A stretch of 25,184 nt of DNA from a virus (taxonomy: Duplodnaviria; Caudoviricetes). The first letter of the stretch is position 1. Each line of letters begins with the position of its first letter. The stretch covers positions 1 to 25,184 of the IMG/VR virus record IMGVR_UViG_3300037510_000271; one strand, 5' to 3'. The notes under the pieces are model-generated. The model worked only from the letters and a program-made list of their open reading frames with translations, ran no database searches and was not told the origin of the DNA. Positions 15,998-25,149 of this stretch are shown in pieces. The translations under genes were made by a program, and so were the position numbers.

Positions 15998-16473
15998 GGC
16001 GTCACCGTCACAGCGCCATCAACGGTCAATGTGAAGTTTGCCCGGTGTTCCTTCGCGTCCTCACCGGCATCGAACGCCTCTATTTCAAAGGTAGAGATGA
16101 AGGCAACGAAGTCTTCCTGACGGGCGTTGGAATCCGGATAGATGATTCGATAGTTTCGCTTCTGTCCGCCGGCAACGATCGAATCGTTGTACATGACTTG
16201 GTGTACCGTCGTGCCGCTGACGGTGGCGGCGTTTGACCAGTCCAGTACAACATTGCCCTCGCAGGTGCGGTCATTGAGCTTTCCACCGACGCTGCGTCGA
16301 TTGGCATCGTTGAGCACGTTGAAGAATGCCGTTGTAAGTTCGTTGCTGGGTGGCTTGATGGACCCAAGCAACGGAACCTCAACGAATGTATCGGATCCCG
16401 GCGCAGGCAATGTGCTCGCCGTGCTCGTGCCGATGTACAGCTTCGCGTTTACATTTGCGCCATAGTAGGCCAT
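15994..16473 (-). CDS. Major tail tube protein
   Basis: ATG 16473 with GGAG RBS; RNYRIIYPD...F.AFIS...ANFTLTVDGAVT tail-tube pattern. Confidence 0.88.
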   Translation of the reverse strand: MAYYGANVNAKLYIGTSTASTLPAPGSDTFVEVPLLGSIKPPSNELTTAFFNVLNDANRRSVGGKLNDRTCEGNVVLDWSNAATVSGTTVHQVMYNDSIVAGGQKRNYRIIYPDSNARQEDFVAFISTFEIEAFDAGEDAKEHRANFTLTVDGAVTVTP

Positions 16474-16486
16474 CTCAGTCTCCAAT

Positions 16487-16510
16487 AAAAAACCCCGCGC
16501 GAGGCGAGGT
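16487..16510 (-). terminator. Rho-independent terminator-like hairpin upstream of the tail tube gene
   Basis: Minus strand ACCTCGC-CTCGC-GCGGGGT-TTTTT. Confidence 0.7.
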
Positions 16511-16538
16511 CAGGAATCAAACCTTTGAATGCTTTTGA

Positions 16539-17039
16539 TTAAGCCGATGCGCCGATGATCACGACGGAATATGTGACGGACGAGCCGCTTGATGAGTTGG
16601 CGAAATTCAGCAGATCGCCTGTGCCAGCCGTCACAGCAACGCCAGTTGCATCACTGCATGCCCACAGGAATATTCCGCCTGGGCGCACAGCAATTCCGTC
16701 CGTTGCAGCAAGAAACAACGGCACGCCGTTCGACGTTGAGCGAGAGACATTCACGTTGTTCGTATTGCCAGAATCCGCCGTGACATACACGGCTTTGATG
16801 CGCGCGAATGTGACCGTGCCGTATGCGTTTGTAAGAGATCCCGATAGGTCAAGATCTTCGTTTGCCGAAGCCGACAGCGTACGGGTGTCCGTGAAGACGC
16901 GATCGGACTGACTTGCGCCAGTGCCGTCCGTCAGCGTCAACGCTGCACGTACGTCGATCGGAAATGTCGCCGTTCCCAGATCCAGCACGCTGGTATGCGA
17001 CCCGCTGATCCCAGCCTTGATAACTGCAGAAAGTGCCAT
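16539..17039 (-). CDS. Beta-rich virion structural protein of unknown role
   Basis: 166 aa, Ser/Thr/Ala/Gly-rich, GGAG RBS, within the tail operon. Confidence 0.75.
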   Translation of the reverse strand: MALSAVIKAGISGSHTSVLDLGTATFPIDVRAALTLTDGTGASQSDRVFTDTRTLSASANEDLDLSGSLTNAYGTVTFARIKAVYVTADSGNTNNVNVSRSTSNGVPLFLAATDGIAVRPGGIFLWACSDATGVAVTAGTGDLLNFANSSSGSSVTYSVVIIGASA

Positions 17040-17041
17040 GG

Positions 17042-17506
17042 TTACTCCAATACGTCAGGGGTGTTCTCGGCCGTCACATACGGCACTGTGTATAGAAGGC
17101 GAACGATTCCGATCTGGTCTTCACTGTCGCCGATGAGTTCCTTGCCCGTGGACTGCAACTGAGCGGACAGTGTGCGACTACCAATCGTGAGAGGCGCTGA
17201 CATGGCGACCTCAATCTCTAGAGAGATCTGGTCGAGCACATCATCAACGTCGTCGGAGACTTTGGCGTGACCCTCGATGATCAGCGGACATATACGATGA
17301 AACCTTGGAGCCTGATTAGATGATCCTAGCGTCACCCGAGTCACAGACTCGTCATTGCCGGAGTCAACCGTGAACACAGAGACGGATGGCAGCTCATCAG
17401 CATCCAGGCTATACACCCGCGATGGGTACACGCGCGAACCGGTCGTCGAGAGATTGGCGAGCAACACCGAAACAGCGTCGCGAATCTGTTTGCGTGCGTG
17501 TGCCAT
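17042..17506 (-). CDS. Tail terminator (gpU-like)
   Basis: HARKQIRDAV...RVYPSR...LP...DDVLDQISLEIEVAM pattern; position. Confidence 0.8.
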   Translation of the reverse strand: MAHARKQIRDAVSVLLANLSTTGSRVYPSRVYSLDADELPSVSVFTVDSGNDESVTRVTLGSSNQAPRFHRICPLIIEGHAKVSDDVDDVLDQISLEIEVAMSAPLTIGSRTLSAQLQSTGKELIGDSEDQIGIVRLLYTVPYVTAENTPDVLE

Positions 17507-17784
17507 CAGCGTTTCAGGATGATGATCGTCATCCCCGTCCCGTCAGGTTCTGGCCGCTTGATGCGATACGGCTCCTCACCAGAGATGTTCAGCACCGTAT
17601 CCTTCGGCAGGTGTTGAACATCACACGTGCGCGCCGTCAGCGCGGGCTGCCGAGTTTCGACAGCCTCCACGACCAGCACAAAATCACGATCAAAGAGTGC
17701 CCAGAATTCGCCGCCCTGATGACGAATGAGCTGACCGCCGAGCGACGTGATCATCGCCAGGCGGTCAGCGTCAGACTCCAACAT
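17506..17784 (-). CDS. Head-tail joining protein (gpFII-like)
   Basis: 92 aa ending YRIKRPEPDGTGMTIIIL; position. Confidence 0.8.
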   Translation of the reverse strand: MLESDADRLAMITSLGGQLIRHQGGEFWALFDRDFVLVVEAVETRQPALTARTCDVQHLPKDTVLNISGEEPYRIKRPEPDGTGMTIIILKR

Positions 17785-18167
17785 CAGACGATTTTCTTTT
17801 TGCCGGCCGCGACGATGCTCGTGAGTGCGGGGCCGGTGACAATCGTGCCAACATAGCCCAGAAAACCGCCCGCGACCTTTTTCGGGTCGACGGCAATCGT
17901 CTGAGTGTTATTGGCCGAGCTCACCGCTGTATAGGTGTACCCGGTGATGTCAGCTGCGCCTGTACCGTTCGCATCGGTTGCAGACTGCAGCTTGCCCGTG
18001 ATGCTGCCGGTGACAGCGCCGATCTGCTGGATCACCAGGATCTCACCGTCGTACGGACGCACGTCCAGCCATTTGCCGGTGCCGCTGGTGGCGGCGGCGG
18101 TATTCGCAGCGGAAACAGAATCGATCAACGACGTTGCCGTCGCTGCCGAGGCTTGATTCAACAACAT
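17784..18167 (-). CDS. Putative capsid decoration / virion structural protein
   Basis: 127 aa, Ala/Thr/Gly-rich beta pattern, downstream of the capsid gene; AGGAG RBS. Confidence 0.65.
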   Translation of the reverse strand: MLLNQASAATATSLIDSVSAANTAAATSGTGKWLDVRPYDGEILVIQQIGAVTGSITGKLQSATDANGTGAADITGYTYTAVSSANNTQTIAVDPKKVAGGFLGYVGTIVTGPALTSIVAAGKKKIV

Positions 18168-18169
18168 GA

Positions 18170-18400
18170 CTATTTCTCCTTCTTGCCGGCTTTTGACGGC
18201 ACAGTTTCAGTTTTGGGGTCGGTGGACTCTGCCAGCGATTCGACTGGCGGCTCACGTTTGGGGGGCTCATCGACAACGCGCTCGACCGCTCGGATGCCGA
18301 CAAGGAAGGTGACCATGGCGGGCTCAAGGTCAGCGGAATCGCCGGCAACTAGATGCCGGTCGACCCCGATGCAAACACCCCGCAGCGCCTTGACCTTCAT
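18170..18400 (-). CDS. Hypothetical protein at the gpFI position
   Basis: 76 aa; small N-terminal domain and a charged Pro/Lys/Glu tail; directly after the capsid gene. Confidence 0.7.
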   Translation of the reverse strand: MKVKALRGVCIGVDRHLVAGDSADLEPAMVTFLVGIRAVERVVDEPPKREPPVESLAESTDPKTETVPSKAGKKEK

Positions 18401-18403
18401 GGC

Positions 18404-20224
18404 TTACGACAAGTTCGTCGAGACCACGAACGCCTGCGGATAGCGCAGCAGGACATCGACCATCCACATTGCGCGGATGCCGACTTGCGCTTGGTTGAAC
18501 CGCGTGCCGCCGTTATCCATCGACAGCTCGAGCACGCCCCATTCGCCGATGACGACCTCATCCCACGAGCCGAAGATGAGGTTGCCAGACGCGAGCTGCT
18601 CGCTGGCCATGCCGCGGAACCCGACGCAGGTACCGTCCAGGATGTTTCCTTCCCACAGCGGCGTATCGGTGTTCGTGAAGCGGGAGCGCTGCATGAGCAC
18701 CGCTGCGCCGGCGGCATTCGTCACCCAACCCGGATTGCCGCGAATGGCGTTCGATCCTGCCGCCGTCGAGACGAAGGCGAGAACCTTTGCATAGGTAGCA
18801 GTAGCCGAATCCTGACCCGTCGTAACGCCGGTCGTATTTTTGATACCCAGCGGCTGCGCGCCGCCCGTACCGTTGATCACCGCTGCGTCGACACCGTCGA
18901 TCGCGACGTCGCTCGCAAGATCGGCCATGACGAACGCTTCCGCCGACGGCGACGACTGAGCCAGCAACTGTTCGGATACATCCGTGATCGCGATACAGGT
19001 TTTCGGCGTCATGCTGAGCTGACCGAGCGCCTGATCGGCCGCGGTCACACTTGTGCCTTCACCGCCCTGCCAGGTCACAGAGACTTTGCCGGTCTGACGC
19101 GGGAATGTGACGTTGCCCTGCAGGCCGGACAGTACGCGAGCGCCCATGGTCATGGACACGCTGCGATTCCGCAGGATATCGATGAAGCCCATGTTCTGGA
19201 CGTTCACCAGGTACCCACCCTTTGAGCCGGGTGTCGTGGCCATAGCGCGCGCCGCTTCCGCCCCGATCGGACGTTGCAACACTTCCGCAGGAACCAGAAT
19301 GCTGGTGGTGAGCTCGCGCTTGAGCTGCTTGGCGACGGAGTGCGAGCACTCCAATTCGAAGCGCGCTTCTTCCATGAACTTGGGATTCTGATGCCCGTAA
19401 CGCATAGCTCGAATCGCGCGGAACAGGCTGTACTGATTCGTTTCCCTCGAAGTCAGCCCCAAGGTCGTCGCCGCCAACGGCTTCTGCTTACCGCGCTCCT
19501 CCATGACGCGCAGGATCTCCGCAGAGACGCCCTTGTCGCCCTCGATGCGCGTGCCGTCTTCGACCCACTTCTGTTGGGTGCGTGCATCGATCTTGTAGGC
19601 CGTGCACAGATTCTCGATGGCCTTAATGCGCTCACGCTCCACCGCGATCGGGTCAGGGGTCTTGTCGGCGCTTGCGCCCGCCGCGGCGTTTTCGTCAGCC
19701 ATTTTGGCTCCTTGAGCGGCGGGTTGCGCCGTGGTTGTTGAAACAGAAACATTGGGAATCCGCTCTGCGCGGGTTTCGATCTCGCCTGATTGCCGGCCGA
19801 TGCCGACACTCGGGTCTGCTGGAATACCGACCAGGCTCGCCTCTAGCGGCTCCCAGTCAGTCACTCGATAGGTGTCCTCAGTGTCGGTCGACTTTTCGAG
19901 TACCATTTCGTGCACCCGATAGCCGGTCGAAACATTCACAAGAATTCCGTCGTCAACGTCGCGCAGTTTCTCGCTGGCGTCCGCGCCGCGACTGAATCGA
20001 GCGACCGCCCTTCCGACCTTTCCCTTTCCATCGATACGCGCTGTTTCGATGATCCCAATCACTTCACGTTGGTCATGTCCCATCAGAAGCGGAGCGCGAC
20101 CGCTCTCCATGAAATCCATGCGAACAGACTTCGGGTTGTGGTCGAGGATTTCAGTACCGAACCACCGCTTGTATGGGTATTCGGACGAGAACGATAGATT
20201 TCGCTTGCGTGTGTCTTCAGCCAT
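18404..20224 (-). CDS. Fused HK97-type prohead protease and major capsid protein
   Basis: Start MAEDTRK (20224, GAGGT RBS). Protease motifs FSSE, PLLMGHD, NVSTGY and WEPLEASLVGIPAD; capsid motifs GGYLV, FIDILRN, GTGGAQPLGI and LRYPQAF. Confidence 0.95.
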   Translation of the reverse strand: MAEDTRKRNLSFSSEYPYKRWFGTEILDHNPKSVRMDFMESGRAPLLMGHDQREVIGIIETARIDGKGKVGRAVARFSRGADASEKLRDVDDGILVNVSTGYRVHEMVLEKSTDTEDTYRVTDWEPLEASLVGIPADPSVGIGRQSGEIETRAERIPNVSVSTTTAQPAAQGAKMADENAAAGASADKTPDPIAVERERIKAIENLCTAYKIDARTQQKWVEDGTRIEGDKGVSAEILRVMEERGKQKPLAATTLGLTSRETNQYSLFRAIRAMRYGHQNPKFMEEARFELECSHSVAKQLKRELTTSILVPAEVLQRPIGAEAARAMATTPGSKGGYLVNVQNMGFIDILRNRSVSMTMGARVLSGLQGNVTFPRQTGKVSVTWQGGEGTSVTAADQALGQLSMTPKTCIAITDVSEQLLAQSSPSAEAFVMADLASDVAIDGVDAAVINGTGGAQPLGIKNTTGVTTGQDSATATYAKVLAFVSTAAGSNAIRGNPGWVTNAAGAAVLMQRSRFTNTDTPLWEGNILDGTCVGFRGMASEQLASGNLIFGSWDEVVIGEWGVLELSMDNGGTRFNQAQVGIRAMWMVDVLLRYPQAFVVSTNLS

Positions 20225-20414
20225 TGCCGCGCACCTCGAAGCAAGCGGACGTATGCAGCACGCAATCTCGCTTCTCGAACTCCTTTGCGTGCTTGGCAAA
20301 GAACTGCTTCGCCTTTTCTTCGTCAATGTTTCCTACGGTCAACTTGTGGCCGTTCGGAAACTCGATCACGGCTTTGCGTGTTTCGCCGTCATAGTTCAGC
20401 GTGGGTTCGCTCAT
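20217..20414 (-). CDS. Hypothetical protein between portal and protease
   Basis: 65 aa; ATGA overlap with the portal stop; GGGAG RBS. Confidence 0.7.
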   Translation of the reverse strand: MSEPTLNYDGETRKAVIEFPNGHKLTVGNIDEEKAKQFFAKHAKEFEKRDCVLHTSACFEVRGNG

Positions 20415-22045
20415 CTCTTGCTCCCAAAAGAGAAAACCCGGCTTTTGGCCGGGTTCTCTGGTTGGTCAGTTTCCTGAGTGGTTTTCTCAGGCTGGTCGTC
20501 GGGTGGTGGATCTGCTGATTTCTTGGCTGCCGCATCCGCGGTGTAGATCTCCGGTGAAGTGTCGAACACAAGCCCCTTTTCCTTGGCCATCTTTATCTCC
20601 AACGCGCGCTCATCGAAGATATCCTCGATGTCACGCCCGCCAGATGTCGCGGCAATCACATCACTCTGCGTCGTGAGACCGGCCTTGATCGCTTCCTTGA
20701 ATGCTTCAACTTCCTTCGTCGGGTCCACCCAGGTCCAGCCGCGCGGCTTGTAACGAACAGCCTGAAACTTCCGCGGGTCAAGCGCGTACTGGACCGGCAG
20801 GATGCTCTTAACTGTTCCAGACAAGATCGCAGCCGCGAGCCATTCCTTATGAATGATGTTTCTAAAGTCTGTTATGAACCACGACTGATAGAAGCGCCAC
20901 ATATCTCGATCATCGAGAAGAGCGAGCCGGGATGAACTGTAGTTGCTCTGTGAGTAGTCACGAGAGAGCGATTCAAAGCTCACTCCAATGCCCGCAGCAA
21001 CCTCACGCAACATCGCGCGCATGAAGGCTTCGTAGACGCTGTTCGGCGCGGTCGACGGAGGCATCACCGGTTCTTCTCCGGGGTTAAGCCGTTTCCAGAC
21101 ACCTGGCTCAGTCTCTTCTTGGTAGCTCCCGTCTGCCTGCAGTTCGCCGAAGCTCTCGCCGTCCTCGGGTGTCTTGATCCACCCGGACGTACTCGCCTGA
21201 GCACGAGCCTTGACAATCTCTGCTTCGCTATAGCCTTCCATGTCATTCAGGCGGCGAGCGGCCGCATGCAACCACGGCTCGCCACGGGTCTGCGGCCAAC
21301 GATCGATCACGGCCAAATGTATGATCTGATCAGCGGGAACGCGCTCGATCTCATCAATACGTGCCCCCGTCCAGCGAATCTCGCCAGGATGGCGCCTGCG
21401 GATGTAGTAAGCGACCGGCCGGTAGAACTCATCGACCTCGACACCCATCCGGATGTGATTCGTCGAACTCGCCACTATCGACGGCGACGCAAGTTCATCG
21501 GCGATACGCTCAGGCTCGATCAGTTCAAGCGCGTACGGAACATTGCTGGAGCCGAAGCGCCGATAGTGTTTGCGAATGATGCACTCGCCGGCATCAAATA
21601 CCTGACCCATGGCGGCACGCTCAAGGTGCTTGAATGCTAGGCGCCCACCGGTGTGACAATTACTGGCCTCTGACCAGTCCGCCCACTCGCTTTCGATCTC
21701 GTCATTGACGCGAGTATTCAGTTGGTCGCGAGTTGTCATCACCTGAGCCTGCATACCGATGCCGGTGCCGATGACGTTGTTCACGACGATGACACGCGCC
21801 CGCTTGGCGAAGCTCGCATCCCTAATCAGTTGGCGCGATCGTGCGCGAAGCGTCGTCAACGACGAAACGAGTTCGGCGTCTGCGCTTGAATTAGAGGTGC
21901 GCCAATCTGCTGTAAGTCGCGAGTTCCTGCTAGCGGCGTACTGACGCGTGCGCAATCCTGTGGAAACACGGCTCGTTGTTGCCTGCTTCTGCTGAAGGTA
22001 TCCAGCGATAGCCTTCACGAGCTGGAGATTGCGCCAATCAGCCAC
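20411..22045 (-). CDS. Portal protein, lambda family
   Basis: LRARSRQL, GVEVDEFYRPVAYY, QTRGEPWL, LSRDYSQSNYSSSR and WVDPTKE. Confidence 0.97.
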   Translation of the reverse strand: MADWRNLQLVKAIAGYLQQKQATTSRVSTGLRTRQYAASRNSRLTADWRTSNSSADAELVSSLTTLRARSRQLIRDASFAKRARVIVVNNVIGTGIGMQAQVMTTRDQLNTRVNDEIESEWADWSEASNCHTGGRLAFKHLERAAMGQVFDAGECIIRKHYRRFGSSNVPYALELIEPERIADELASPSIVASSTNHIRMGVEVDEFYRPVAYYIRRRHPGEIRWTGARIDEIERVPADQIIHLAVIDRWPQTRGEPWLHAAARRLNDMEGYSEAEIVKARAQASTSGWIKTPEDGESFGELQADGSYQEETEPGVWKRLNPGEEPVMPPSTAPNSVYEAFMRAMLREVAAGIGVSFESLSRDYSQSNYSSSRLALLDDRDMWRFYQSWFITDFRNIIHKEWLAAAILSGTVKSILPVQYALDPRKFQAVRYKPRGWTWVDPTKEVEAFKEAIKAGLTTQSDVIAATSGGRDIEDIFDERALEIKMAKEKGLVFDTSPEIYTADAAAKKSADPPPDDQPEKTTQETDQPENPAKSRVFSFGSKR

Positions 22046-22577
22046 GGCCGAACCTCACATTAATGTGCCGACCGCGTCCGGCCTTTTCGCCGCCCTGCTC
22101 TTCGGTCTTCACTTCCTGCTTCAGCTGATCGCGCCATTGGCGCAACTCAGGCAGCGGAGTCCGAGAGAGAGAGCGACCATTGATCGACATCGCGAGTTGA
22201 TCGCTAGTTGCGCGCCCGAGCAGCGTTGCATTGAGGGCATCAAGCAGCTTTCGTGCATCCGAGCGCGGATCATGCGTGCCGGCGGCGGCCGGATCCGCGA
22301 TGACTTCGGCCCAACCCGTCTCCACCGTGTAAACGCTCGTGCCATCGCTGACGCGAATCGACCACTTGTAACGCCCCGGCTCCTTGCCTGCCGTCGTTGC
22401 CGCGTCAATCGAGAACGCGTGATCGATGCCATCGTCGCTCGCGGTCGAGTTGAATGTCGCGGTCGCGTTCTCGAAGTAGATCGAAGCGTCCCAGGTCGGC
22501 GCGGCGTAGTCGCCGTGCGAGAACGTGAAGGCCCACGTATCGCCTGCGATCAGCTTTGCCGGAATCGTTACGCTCAA
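22038..22577 (-). CDS. Head completion protein, gpW-like C-terminus with an extra N-terminal domain
   Basis: Between terL and portal; SINGRSLSRTPLPELRQWRDQL...INVRF; AAGGAG RBS with TTG start. Confidence 0.75.
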   Translation of the reverse strand: MSVTIPAKLIAGDTWAFTFSHGDYAAPTWDASIYFENATATFNSTASDDGIDHAFSIDAATTAGKEPGRYKWSIRVSDGTSVYTVETGWAEVIADPAAAGTHDPRSDARKLLDALNATLLGRATSDQLAMSINGRSLSRTPLPELRQWRDQLKQEVKTEEQGGEKAGRGRHINVRFGRG

Positions 22578-22578
22578 G

Positions 22579-24648
22579 TCACCAACTCCTTACCCAGTTC
22601 TTGCGACGGGGAATCAAAGCGCGCGCCTTCGGCAGCTCGGTTTTCGCAACTGGCGCCGCCTCCACCTCTTCCGCCTCGGCCTCTGCCTTCGGCGGCTCAG
22701 GCAATCGCGCCCACCGCGGAGGATTACTCCAGTCGATCTTGTCGGCCTTCAGCACCTTGCATGCCACGCGGTTGTATACATGCAGATCGAATGCTTCGTT
22801 CGGCTCGCGTCCCGTGTTCTTCCAGCCCTTCTCGGTGCGAGTCTCGGCTGAGAGTTCCGAGAAGAAGCCTTCATCCAACCACTTCGGCAGATGCACGAAA
22901 CCCGGGCCGACTTCAGTGCGCGCGAGATCGCCGACCACGGCATCCTTCAGCACGTTGGTATTGATCAGCCAGACCGGCACATCGCCACGGCCACCCTGCT
23001 TGCGGTCCTTTCGATCGGACGCGTCCGGCCACGTGAGCGTCGCCGTCGGCGCGTCCAGTCGACTAGCACCCTTCACGAGCCTGAAGCGCTGATGCATGCG
23101 ACGCCGACGCAGCCAGCGGAAGAACGCATATGCTTTCGCTGTAACTCCGGCTTTACCGCCTGAGTCGCACATCACGAGACGGGGCTGCATGCCACCGTAT
23201 GAGCGGTCAATCACCTGCTCGCGAATCAGCTCCCAGTCTTCGAGATAAGCCGCTGGATCCAGAGCAGCAGTGCGGTCACCTTCCGGACGTTTGCTGGAAC
23301 TGATCGTGAATCGATCTATCAGCCAGGACTCGAGACCGACGCCCCAGCCGAACACGTGCACCACGAAGCGCGCGGCCTGCACGTCGACCGCCGCCGTCAG
23401 GAACCGCACACCAGCCGGTACTGATCCACGCTCACATTTCTCGGTGCGACGCTGGATGTCTTCCGTCGAGCGTCTGTTCTCCGCCACTCGGGGCAGATAG
23501 GCCGCGCCCTGGTCGGTGTTGACGGTGAACTTGAGCGCCTGCTCTTCTCCGGTCTTCAGATATCCATGCAACGCCTGGAAATATTTCAGCAGCAGTGAAT
23601 CCCAGCGCTGAAACGTGGCGCCCACACCGCCGAGCCAGTAGCTCGCGATCCGTGTGCCGCGGCGTTCGCCGGTGATCTGCCCGGCCTTGTCGATCGATTC
23701 TCCCTCGTGCACCCATCGGCCGCGGCTGTTCATATCGGAGCGCTGCTTGAGCTCGTGCAGCCCGCCGCAGTGGGTGCATACGACCTTCGCGTAGCGCTCG
23801 GCCATTGCAAGCAGGTTCTCAGTGAGCACCCGCTCTTCCAGTTCCTTGCGATCAGGCAGTCCGAATCCAGACAGCCCGGGCGCTGCTTGGAAGTACTCGC
23901 CACAGTGCGAGCAAGGCCAGAACCACCGCGCGCGCGTGCCGCGGTTGTAAAGTTCCAGGATGCCGCGCACCGGCGGCGCTTCGTGCGGCGTCGATGGCCG
24001 CCAGCGCGCGTCCAGATACTCGGCATCCGGCGAACTCTCGGCGAAGCACTTGCCGCGAGACATGAAAGTCTCGATGCGTTTGAACGCCAGGTCCCACATC
24101 GGACCTTCGCCATCGACGTTGTCGCGGTTCTCCGGTCGGTCGTAGTCGGTCAGCAGCACATAGCGCAGCGTCTTCGACGACAACTGCGACACCGCCGGCC
24201 AGCCGAGCTTCAGAACGATCCCCGACCGAAAGAACTTGTCGTAGGTGTTGTCGTCCTTCGCGCGCGGAGAGATCGCGTCGGCGAGTTCAGGCGAATGCCG
24301 GATAGCTCGATCCAGATCCATGCGCGAGAAGTCGCGCGCAGTGTCCTGACTCATCTGCGTGATGAGCGTGTCGCCTGGGGCGCACTTCACGATGTACGTG
24401 ATCCCGCCCAGGATCAGGCTCATCGTCTTCGAACTTCGTGCCGGCCCCACGAACACGACACCCTGGTACTGCCGCGACCCGAACAAGTCGAGCGGCTCCA
24501 GCATCATTGGCGCCAGCGATGGATCCCACGGACCTTTCTCGGTCCGCAGATACTTTGCCGCGGCAGCGCTCGGCTTGACCCGCTGGGGCGCCCGGACGAG
24601 CTGCGCCGTATGGCGCGTTATGTCACGCGCGCTCGCGAACTTCGGCAT
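22579..24648 (-). CDS. terL: Terminase large subunit, GpA family
   Basis: Start MPKFASARD (24648). Walker A-like GPARSSKT, Walker B-like VLLTDYDR, ESSP, CSHC/CTHC, LTAAVDVQ, DSGG and NEAFDL. Confidence 0.96.
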   Translation of the reverse strand: MPKFASARDITRHTAQLVRAPQRVKPSAAAAKYLRTEKGPWDPSLAPMMLEPLDLFGSRQYQGVVFVGPARSSKTMSLILGGITYIVKCAPGDTLITQMSQDTARDFSRMDLDRAIRHSPELADAISPRAKDDNTYDKFFRSGIVLKLGWPAVSQLSSKTLRYVLLTDYDRPENRDNVDGEGPMWDLAFKRIETFMSRGKCFAESSPDAEYLDARWRPSTPHEAPPVRGILELYNRGTRARWFWPCSHCGEYFQAAPGLSGFGLPDRKELEERVLTENLLAMAERYAKVVCTHCGGLHELKQRSDMNSRGRWVHEGESIDKAGQITGERRGTRIASYWLGGVGATFQRWDSLLLKYFQALHGYLKTGEEQALKFTVNTDQGAAYLPRVAENRRSTEDIQRRTEKCERGSVPAGVRFLTAAVDVQAARFVVHVFGWGVGLESWLIDRFTISSSKRPEGDRTAALDPAAYLEDWELIREQVIDRSYGGMQPRLVMCDSGGKAGVTAKAYAFFRWLRRRRMHQRFRLVKGASRLDAPTATLTWPDASDRKDRKQGGRGDVPVWLINTNVLKDAVVGDLARTEVGPGFVHLPKWLDEGFFSELSAETRTEKGWKNTGREPNEAFDLHVYNRVACKVLKADKIDWSNPPRWARLPEPPKAEAEAEEVEAAPVAKTELPKARALIPRRKNWVRSW

Positions 24649-25132
24649 CGCTTTCGTCGTCGGACAGCTGGGTGAACAGCGCCTCGCGGCACTCGTCGAC
24701 CGCGCGCTCGATCCGCTGCACCAGGACGGCACTCGCTCCACAGTCCCGCTCGATCAGATCAGGAAGCGTGTCGAGCGTCTGCGCCACCACGCGCAGGATG
24801 CGCGCCTGCTCCTGCTCCACCTCGATCCGAGGAATCAGTTCGCGTGTTTCCTGGTCGAGCTTTAGTCGGTCGAGCTCGGCCTTGTAGTGCGCCTGCCGCT
24901 GATACGGCTCCAGCTTATCGGGATCGATTCGGCCATCATCATCCTTGAGCATCACCGCTTTCAGGACATCGCGAAGGCGGTAAACTGGGTGACCACCGCG
25001 CTTTCCACTCGGAACAGCGTTGGCTGCGGCGATCCGGCGCTGCACCGTATCCCTATCGAGCCCTGTCTCTTCAGCGATCTGGCGCAGGCTGCAGTGAATC
25101 CCGCTCGCCGGGAGTTCCGTCACGCTACCCAT
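24623..25132 (-). CDS. terS: Terminase small subunit (Nu1/DUF1441-like)
   Basis: N-terminal HTH (SLRQIAEETGLDRDTV), VYRLRDV and LDTLPDLIERDCG; overlaps the terL start. Confidence 0.9.
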   Translation of the reverse strand: MGSVTELPASGIHCSLRQIAEETGLDRDTVQRRIAAANAVPSGKRGGHPVYRLRDVLKAVMLKDDDGRIDPDKLEPYQRQAHYKAELDRLKLDQETRELIPRIEVEQEQARILRVVAQTLDTLPDLIERDCGASAVLVQRIERAVDECREALFTQLSDDESDAEVRERA

Positions 25133-25149
25133 TGTGGTGGGATATGCGG

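Noticed and set aside
18353-19225. 290-aa plus-strand ORF
   Set aside because: Antisense shadow of the GC-rich capsid gene; Arg/His-rich with no motifs.
24430-24453. Terminase Walker A reads GPARSSKT rather than GKT, suggesting inactivation
   Set aside because: GpA-family P-loops are deviant, the Lys-Thr is retained, and the rest of the gene is intact.
22029-24675. Long plus-strand ORFs 22029-22964 and 23707-24675
   Set aside because: Antisense shadows of the gpW-like and terL genes, expected from GC codon bias.
5801-24741. Longer ORF-track starts for Rz (5884), endolysin (6654), capsid (20326) and terL (24741)
   Set aside because: The extensions overlap better-supported upstream genes; downstream starts have RBS or coupling support.
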